Source: Candidatus Mycobacterium methanotrophicum (GTDB lineage Bacteria > Actinomycetota > Actinomycetes > Mycobacteriales > Mycobacteriaceae). Taken from it: 32,000 bases of DNA. This document shows positions 27,167 through 32,000 of this stretch, in pieces. Positions within the stretch are counted from its first letter, which is position 1, and the number at the start of each line of letters is the position of its first letter. The notes below the pieces were generated by a model, which saw only the letters and a list, made by a program, of their open reading frames with translations, searched no databases and was not told the DNA's origin. Where the stretch lies: assembly GCF_910591625.1 (NCBI RefSeq), contig NZ_CAJUXY010000041.1. One strand, given 5' to 3'. The position numbers and the translations under genes are program-made.

Positions 27167-27534
27167 GTCTCACGCGGTATGCATGCCGTAATGACGAAAG
27201 ACTCTGGGCGGCAAGTGCTTTCGGCAGGTTACAAACATCGGCGCTCAACTGCGTGAATTCTTGACGTGCTCCCCGCCTGAAGGGCGAGGATTCCCGTGGC
27301 GGCTTACGCCGCTGTTGGGTTGCTTCCTGCTTCAACATCCACTGCCGCAACGGGCACAGGCTGAACCACCACTCCTGGTGTGGTCCTGCCCACTGTCGTG
27401 GGAGGCGTTTCGTCTCTCCGCCCGTGGCGCGCCTGGCCGTATCATCGCCCGACTCGATGCCGAGGATTCCGGCCTGCTGCGCGGGTGTGGTGTGCCCGGC
27501 CGGGGCTGCCAGCGTGAATACGGTCGCTACGGGA

Positions 27535-27912
27535 TCAGGCGCTTACTCGCCCGGCGGATAGCTGCGACACCCGTTGCGGTGACACGCCGAGAACCGTTCC
27601 CACGTCTCGGACCGATAAGCCCTTCGCCCTGAGACTAGCGACCAAGCCACGAACATCCTCCGCAGCGCGCCGCTGGGCTGCGTCGGCTTCGGCGGCTTCG
27701 GCACGTACCCGTTCGACGGCGGACTGGATGTCGTCAGGGAGGGCCGGTCGGACTGTCACCTCGACAGCGACATCCGTCAACAAGCGCGCGGCATCTGCGA
27801 CGACGGCAGCAACCTGATCGAGACGGCGTGCCTGCGTGAACAACCCGGGGAGTTCGGGCACCTCGACCGCCCACCACCCCCCGGTGCGTGTGGCAACGGC
27901 GGTGACTCGCAT
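27535..27912 (-). CDS. HicB-like antitoxin (UPF0150 N-domain + C-terminal HTH), no hicA partner present
   Basis: ORF 27535..28053 is trimmed to ATG 27912, which has GGGGAG 7 nt upstream. MRVTAVATRTGGWWAVEVPELPGLFTQARRLDQV is a HicB-type N-terminus. The C-terminal HTH is LSVRDVGTVLGVSPQRVSQL. Confidence 0.7.
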   Translation of the reverse strand: MRVTAVATRTGGWWAVEVPELPGLFTQARRLDQVAAVVADAARLLTDVAVEVTVRPALPDDIQSAVERVRAEAAEADAAQRRAAEDVRGLVASLRAKGLSVRDVGTVLGVSPQRVSQLSAGRVSA

Positions 27913-27976
27913 GACTACTCCCCTTTCTCTCGGAAATACGACAAAAGCCCTGGTCGGCGGTCGCGCCGGATAAGGG

Positions 27977-28048
27977 TATGCGTCGAGTGTGTGGTTCTGT
28001 ACGCCAGCGCGCGGCGTGTCGCGTACAAAACCGCACACTCGACGCATT
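27977..28048. repeat. Inverted repeat with 27-bp arms (25/27 complementary) and 18-nt spacer
   Basis: ATGCGTCGAGTGTGTGGTTCTGTACGC (27977-28003) and GCGTACAAAACCGCACACTCGACGCAT (28022-28048). It lies 65-136 nt upstream of the hicB-like start. Confidence 0.85.
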
Positions 28049-28135
28049 TCCATCCCCCACCCCGGGGCGAAGCCCCCCTGATAGCTGCTCGTTTATCACG
28101 GGTTTCCAGTGTTGTGTTCGGCTGAACCGGTCGGC

Positions 28136-28549
28136 TCAGACTCCGACGATGGTCAGGAGGTGTTCAAGCCCTCGGAAGTCATCGACGTTGCGCGTGTAGA
28201 GCGGGAGGTTGGCGGCCAGGGCGGTGGCGGCGATCAACAGATCGACGGCTCGCGGGCCACGTGCCTTGCGCCCCGTCGCGACGATCGCGGCGTAGACGCG
28301 TCCGTAGGCTCTCGCCGAGTCGTTATCGAACGGCAGGGGATCGAAGCTGGCCTCGGCTCGTTGTAGCCGATCTTGACGTCGTGCTCGCTCGCCGGCGTCG
28401 GCTGTCGCGTGCGGGCCGGCGGCGAGCTCGGCCGTGGTAAGGGCGCTGATGGCGAGTTCCATCGGGAGCTGCTCGGCGTCGATGTGATCCAGATCGATCA
28501 CGACCGAGGTGTCGATGAGCCCGCGCGACGGTCGAGGAGTCTCAGCCAC
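28136..28549 (-). CDS. vapC: PIN-domain toxin VapC
   Basis: ORF 28136..28702 is trimmed to GTG 28549, which overlaps the vapB stop (GTGGCTGA). LIDTSVVIDL...ALTTAELAAGPH...FDNDSARAYG...VDLLIAATALAANLPLYTRNVDDF is a PIN signature. Confidence 0.85.
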   Translation of the reverse strand: MAETPRPSRGLIDTSVVIDLDHIDAEQLPMELAISALTTAELAAGPHATADAGERARRQDRLQRAEASFDPLPFDNDSARAYGRVYAAIVATGRKARGPRAVDLLIAATALAANLPLYTRNVDDFRGLEHLLTIVGV

Positions 28550-28796
28550 GGGGCATGATCTCCTGGCTGGCGGCCCGATCGAGATCTGCTCGGAACCGGT
28601 CGAACCCCACCGGCGGAGCGCCCCTGAACGCGGCGACGGCCGCCTCGGCGCTGACGAATCGATGGCGGCGCAGCGGGGAAAGCTCGCCGACCGGGACTCC
28701 ATTCCTGGTCACGACGAACGACTCGCCTTGGTCGAGCCGGCGCATAATGTCGCCGCTGTTATTGCGCAGCTCCCGCTGGGTGATCTGCTTGGCCAC
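28542..28796 (-). CDS. vapB: Phd/YefM-type antitoxin VapB
   Basis: 84 aa. MAKQITQRELRNNSGDIMRRLDQGESFVVTRNGVPVGEL. Confidence 0.8.
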   Translation of the reverse strand: MAKQITQRELRNNSGDIMRRLDQGESFVVTRNGVPVGELSPLRRHRFVSAEAAVAAFRGAPPVGFDRFRADLDRAASQEIMPRG

Positions 28797-28822
28797 ACCG
28801 GGAGGGTAGCACGCGTGCTACC
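28797..28822 (-). promoter_or_regulatory. Palindromic operator overlapping a leaderless promoter of vapBC (28796..28136)
   Basis: Perfect 18-bp palindrome GGTAGCACGCGTGCTACC (28805-28822). On the minus strand its 3' half supplies TACCCT (28808-28803). That is followed by 6 nt and then the GTG start (28796). Confidence 0.5.
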
Positions 28823-28940
28823 CAGGCTATCCACGGCGCCAATCACCCCAAGGGCCATGGCACGGGCAACGGCGGAACCGATCATCCGCACGCTGCCACA
28901 CGCCGCCTTCCACCGCAGAATCACCCGCTTGTCTCCACCA

Positions 28941-28976
28941 GGCCTTATTTAAGGCCTTATTTAAGGCCTTATTTAA
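28941..28976. repeat. 12-bp tandem repeat GGCCTTATTTAA x3; junctions form the 10-bp palindrome TAAGGCCTTA
   Basis: ggccttatttaa ggccttatttaa ggccttatttaa. AT-rich. The last unit overlaps the TAA stop (28973-28975) of the mazF-like remnant. It lies about 145 bp upstream of the vapB start at 28796. Confidence 0.95.
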
Positions 28977-29297
28977 GCGATTTGGATGTCCAGAATCAGG
29001 GACAGAGCGCGCTCGATCTGGCGCATCGTCTCAGGCGCCAAGCTGCCCATCCGCTGCGATAGGCGGGTACGTGCGACGGCACGGATGGCGCGGCAGACCG
29101 CGACGCTTTCTGTGTCCACACCTTCGCTCGGTGACAGCTGTGGTCGCAACGGGTTGCCGGTCAGCGAGCTCGACACCGGCACGACGACAACGAGTTCGTC
29201 GTCGATGCCGGCGAGTAAGTCGTCGACAGAGACGACGACGGCCGGGCGGTGTTTGCCGGGTTCGCCGGCGCGGACGGCGCCAAGGATTGTCGTTCAC
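28973..29297 (-). pseudogene. MazF/PemK-like toxin remnant (N-terminus out of frame with its start codon)
   Basis: Open frame 29293..28973 reads [53 protein letters not shown]...[40 protein letters not shown], a MazF core. The only start with an SD (GAAGGAG + 9 nt + GTG 29297) is in another frame, and a TGA (29296-29294) precedes the MazF frame. Confidence 0.6.
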
Positions 29298-29407
29298 AGC
29301 TGCGCTGGCTCCTTCGCAGTCAACTGTGATCGCGTAGCGCTCGGCTGGCCGCGAGCATCCTGGATCCGGCGTCGTATTCCCCTCCCATGGCCGCGAGTAT
29401 CAGCGGT

Positions 29408-29435
29408 GTAGCACATTGCGTGCTACGGTAGGTGG
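29408..29435 (+). promoter_or_regulatory. Palindromic operator overlapping a leaderless promoter of vapBC (29436..30124)
   Basis: GTAGCAC-ATTGC-GTGCTAC (29408-29426). TACGGT (29424-29429) + 6 nt + GTG 29436. The half-sites and geometry match those at 28797-28822. Confidence 0.5.
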
Positions 29436-29714
29436 GTGGAGGCAATCGGAGTTCGCGAGTTGCGGCAGCACGCATCGCGATACCTCGCCCGGGTGCAAGC
29501 CGGCGAGGAGATCGGCGTCACCAGCAACGGACGACTCGTAGCCCGACTCGTCCCCGTGCAGGCCCCGGCACGGTCTCGCGAAGCACTGATCGATGCCGGT
29601 GCCCTGATTCCGGCGCGGCACCCGCAAAACCTTCTGGACGTCACGGCCGCACCCGCGCGGGACGGCAAGCGCACCTTGTCCGATGTCCTCAACGAGATAC
29701 GCAACGAGCAGTGA
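29436..29714 (+). CDS. vapB: Phd/YefM-type antitoxin VapB
   Basis: 92 aa. [40 protein letters not shown]. Confidence 0.8.
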   Translation: MEAIGVRELRQHASRYLARVQAGEEIGVTSNGRLVARLVPVQAPARSREALIDAGALIPARHPQNLLDVTAAPARDGKRTLSDVLNEIRNEQ

Positions 29715-30124
29715 TCTACCTGGACACCTCGGCCCTGGCCAAGCTGCTCATCGCCGAGCCGGAGACGCCCGAACTGCAGACCTGGCTCACCGCGCAAAGC
29801 GGGCAGGGCGAATACGCGGTGACCAGCGCGCTTGGCCGGGTCGAATTGATGAGAGTTGTTGCCCGATACGGGGAACCGGGCCTGGCTGATCGCGCGCGCT
29901 ATCTGCTCGACGGGCTCGACATCCTTCCGCTCGCCGAACCGGTGATCGCTCTGGCGGAAACAATTGGCCCGCCCACTCTGTGCTCTCTCGATGCCATTCA
30001 TCTCGCAGCCGCCGCCCATATCGAGCGGGAACTTGCCGTGTTCGTCACCTACGATCACCGGCTGTTGGACGGTTGCCGTGAGGTCGGCCTGGCATCCGCA
30101 TCACCCGGTGCCGCAGTTCCCTAA
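29711..30124 (+). CDS. vapC: PIN-domain toxin VapC
   Basis: GTG 29711 overlaps the vapB stop (GTGA). [13 protein letters not shown]...[10 protein letters not shown]...[12 protein letters not shown]...FVTYDHRL is a PIN signature. In frame with ORF-track entry 29432..30124. Confidence 0.85.
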   Translation: MIYLDTSALAKLLIAEPETPELQTWLTAQSGQGEYAVTSALGRVELMRVVARYGEPGLADRARYLLDGLDILPLAEPVIALAETIGPPTLCSLDAIHLAAAAHIERELAVFVTYDHRLLDGCREVGLASASPGAAVP

Positions 30125-30149
30125 CCGCCCGCTCGAGCTCGACGAGCCC

Positions 30150-30329
30150 TCACACGACCTGCAGGCCCTCGGGGACGTTCTTCGGATCGCGCCAGAACGC
30201 GTCGTTGACGAAGCGGTTGAACAGGTCCGGCGGCAGCAGACTCGCGCGCCGCTCCGCCCTGACCCTGGGGGCCACCGTGTGCAGCCCTGGAGTGCCGGCG
30301 CGTTCGTCGAATTCGGTGACGTCGTTCCG
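30150..30329 (-). pseudogene. 3'-terminal 59 codons of an unidentified gene, cut off at the repeat boundary
   Basis: Minus-strand frame RNDVTEFDERAGTPGLHTVAPRVRAERRASLLPPDLFNRFVNDAFWRDPKNVPEGLQVV* has high third-position G/C and no start. Its upstream end coincides with repeat copy 2 (30327). Confidence 0.3.
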
Positions 30330-30798
30330 CTCAAGGCGAAAGAGGCGTGCTAGTGGCCGGTCAACGCATCCAACGAAAATTGCATGTCTGTCGGCTGGTG
30401 CACCTGGACCCGGTCTCCGTCGAGCGCCGCAACTTGTCGATAGATTTCGCCGTCGAGGCGGTAGACGACAAATCGGTCATCAATCGGTGCGTCGGGATCG
30501 ACGATCCAGTAGTTCGCGATGCGCGCCTTGGCGTACTCGTGCGACTTCATGACGTGGTCTCGCCCACGCGAGCCCGGCGATACGATCTCGACGACGAGCA
30601 CAGCATCGGCTGCCGGAATCCGGGCAAGGCGTCCCTGGAACACGCGATCCGGAACCACCACGATGTCAGGCTCACGGACGCTCGGCGGGAACGATGGGCT
30701 CGTGATCACCTCGATCCCGGGAACAGCCTCGAAGCCATCCGGCAGGTGATCATCGAGAATGCGGACAAGCCTTTTCGAAATGCGCTGATGCCACAGTT
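30327..30798. repeat. 472-bp direct repeat, copy 2
   Basis: See copy 1 (25448..25919). Confidence 0.95.
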
Positions 30799-30922
30799 CC
30801 GGAGGCGGCGACATGACGAGTGTCCCCTCACTGAGCTCCCACCGTCGCGTCGCGTCGAGTTCGAGCGCATCCCACTGCTCTAGGCTCAGCAATCCACGTG
30901 GCAGATGGGCAAGCTCGGTCAC
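30350..30922 (-). CDS. Uma2-family (DUF820) putative restriction-endonuclease-like protein, full length
   Basis: 190 aa. GTG 30922 has GGAGGAGG upstream. ...WELSEGTLVMSPPPELWHQRISKRL...REPDIVVVP...AVLVVEIVSPGSRGRDHVMKSHEYAKARIANYWIVDP matches the Uma2 PD-(D/E)xK pattern. Confidence 0.8.
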   Translation of the reverse strand: MTELAHLPRGLLSLEQWDALELDATRRWELSEGTLVMSPPPELWHQRISKRLVRILDDHLPDGFEAVPGIEVITSPSFPPSVREPDIVVVPDRVFQGRLARIPAADAVLVVEIVSPGSRGRDHVMKSHEYAKARIANYWIVDPDAPIDDRFVVYRLDGEIYRQVAALDGDRVQVHQPTDMQFSLDALTGH

Positions 30923-31226
30923 AGCGCACCTCCTCCCGGTGGAACTCGAGTGATTGCAGACTACGCTCGACGGGCGATCGGGATCCGAGTCTGGCGTATC
31001 CCGATGACAAGGGCCGCCAGCTGTCCACAGACCCGTCGTTTCTGGGCGGGCTTCGCGGCCAGAGGGTCGCGGCGCGCATCACCGAGGCGCCAATTGAACT
31101 GAGCCGGAATCGAAACCGCGGTTTTTGTCGCAGCGACGTTTCAGGCATAGCGCCGTACGGATGAGCCAACACTGGGCGCCGGACATGAAAGTGCTTGCCG
31201 GACACAGTGTCGCGACTGCGCCGATT

Positions 31227-31520
31227 TCAATTCCTCGTCAATTGGCTGGCGATGGCGCGCGCGTTGACGTCGGGCAGCTCGTCAAACCGCGCGTGCCGGT
31301 CGGTAGTGAGGATGGTGCGGCCAGTGACGCGGGCAGTGGCGGCCACGATGAGGTCATGGGGGCCTCGTCGCCGGCGTTCGCGTGCGGTGGAGGCCAACAA
31401 AGCGGCATGGTGCTCGGCCACCGATCGGTCATATGCGCAGACCGGTGTGACGGTGAGGACGTCGGCGAGAAATGCCCGCTGTGCCGCGGGGCTGGATGAG
31501 GGACATTTCAGCGATGCGAT
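31227..31520 (-). pseudogene. vapC: PIN-domain VapC toxin, 3' fragment (N-terminal third missing)
   Basis: ...AAQRAFLADVLTVTPVCAYDRSVAEHHAALLASTARERRRRGPHDLIVAATARVTGRTILTTDRHARFDELPDV is the C-terminal two-thirds of a VapC. The first-Asp segment is absent and no antitoxin lies upstream. Confidence 0.6.
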
Positions 31521-31790
31521 GTTCGACGCGCCCGCACCCCCACTTGCGCAGCGCCCGCCAGATCCGCGCCGCAACCGACGCAGGCGCCCGGCTCATGGTG
31601 CACGGTCTCGTCCGGGTCATCCACCAACCGCAACGTCGACCCGGGATGCCCGGGCTGCCCACCCGGCTTGCGGCCGCTCCTTCGACGCAACGACTTCGGC
31701 ACCGGTGGGGCGCAGCAGGATCGAAGATGATCGGGAATGGGTACGAGGCCAGCGCCTCCTCAATCGACTCGTCTGAAATGCGCGCCCGCA
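31521..31790 (-). mobile_element. IS66-family transposase (TnpC) N-terminal fragment, fused to the vapC fragment
   Basis: ORF 31508..31702 reads SLRRRSGRKPGGQPGHPGSTLRLVDDPDETVHHEPGACVGCGADLAGAAQVG. This matches the conserved SGRKxGGQPGHxGxTL...P..C..CG zinc-finger region of IS66 TnpC. Similarity ends at about 31520, and the rest of the transposase (over 350 aa) is absent. Confidence 0.6.
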
Positions 31791-32000
31791 TCAAGATGCG
31801 TTTCGGCAGGCGCTGGGCTCGGCGGCCGCCACCTGGGATTGGGTGTCGGGGATGCCCGCGGCCGCGGCGGCGCGGTCGGCCAGGGCCATCAGCCGGCGCA
31901 GCTGGCCGCTGATGGTGTCTTTGCTCAGCGGCGGATCGGCCAGCCGGCCCAGCTGACCCAGCGGGACCTGCTGGTGTTCGATGCGCAGCCTGGCGGCCTG
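31791..32000 (-). CDS. C-terminal HTH domain of a WhiA-like protein (partial; 5' end beyond the window)
   Basis: The minus-strand frame is open from base 32000 and reads [69 protein letters not shown], with its stop at 31791-31793. It is patterned like the WhiA C-terminus as I recall it (...[53 protein letters not shown]...), but diverges from it. Confidence 0.35.
   Translation of the reverse strand, partial: [69 protein letters not shown]

Noticed and set aside
27261-27632. 123-aa + strand ORF, and a possible hicA or tRNA/att site, in 27167-27534.
   Set aside because: No HicA motif (GSH…HP pattern) was found. No tRNA T-arm/acceptor features were found. The ORF overlaps the hicB 3' end antisense and has only moderate coding bias.
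30923-31226. ORFs 30828..31205 (-) and 30898..31164 (+) in the gap between Uma2 and the vapC fragment.
   Set aside because: No motifs and poor third-position bias. A short minus-strand frame (…LGDARRDPLAAKPAQKRRVCGQLAALVIGIRQTRIPIARRA*) could be a gene remnant, but I cannot support any call.

Overview
High-GC actinobacterial DNA that reads as a slow-growing Mycobacterium chromosome. It falls into three parts.

(1) 1-8.9 kb is a partly decayed region. It holds a DUF222/13E12-type gene end and an ArsR regulator. The ArsR-linked SRPBCC partner gene is split by an IS630-family element flanked by a TA duplication. Further on are a DinB-like protein, a STAS anti-sigma-factor antagonist, DedA, a Rieske/DUF2231 protein, a hemerythrin remnant and a methyltransferase remnant. 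A DUF559 gene is flanked by 58-bp direct repeats. DUF1990 and an aldo/keto reductase close this part.

(2) 9.1-19.1 kb is a conserved core block on the + strand: thrS, HIT, pgsA1, PIM acyltransferase, pimA, a membrane NUDIX protein, pdxS, tesB, pdxT and yebC-like. From memory this is syntenic with M. tuberculosis Rv2614c-Rv2603c, but without the PPE42/pdxH pair. Most junctions use overlapping stop/start codons. A MIRU-like element made of chained mini-ORFs sits between HIT and pgsA1.

(3) 19.1-32 kb is accessory DNA. It contains:
- a signal-peptide Gly/PGQ-repeat protein in an operon with a membrane protein;
- an orphan 407-aa SAM methyltransferase;
- a stand-alone PE-PPE-domain hydrolase;
- nine toxin-antitoxin loci (three vapBC intact, six truncated, frameshifted or orphaned);
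- an IS66 fragment fused to a vapC fragment;
- a WhiA-like C-terminus at the window edge.

The most notable structures are these:
- A 4.9-kb TA-rich segment is bracketed by 472-bp direct repeats (471/472 identical) made from an Uma2-endonuclease gene and its truncated copy.
- Two AT-rich tandem repeats (10 bp x4.6 and 12 bp x3) abut TA genes.
- A 27-bp-arm inverted repeat sits where a hicA toxin would be expected.
- A GTAGCAC palindromic operator with leaderless-promoter geometry is shared by two different vapBC modules.

No rRNA, tRNA or CRISPR was seen. All family assignments come from motif recognition by eye. No database search was run.
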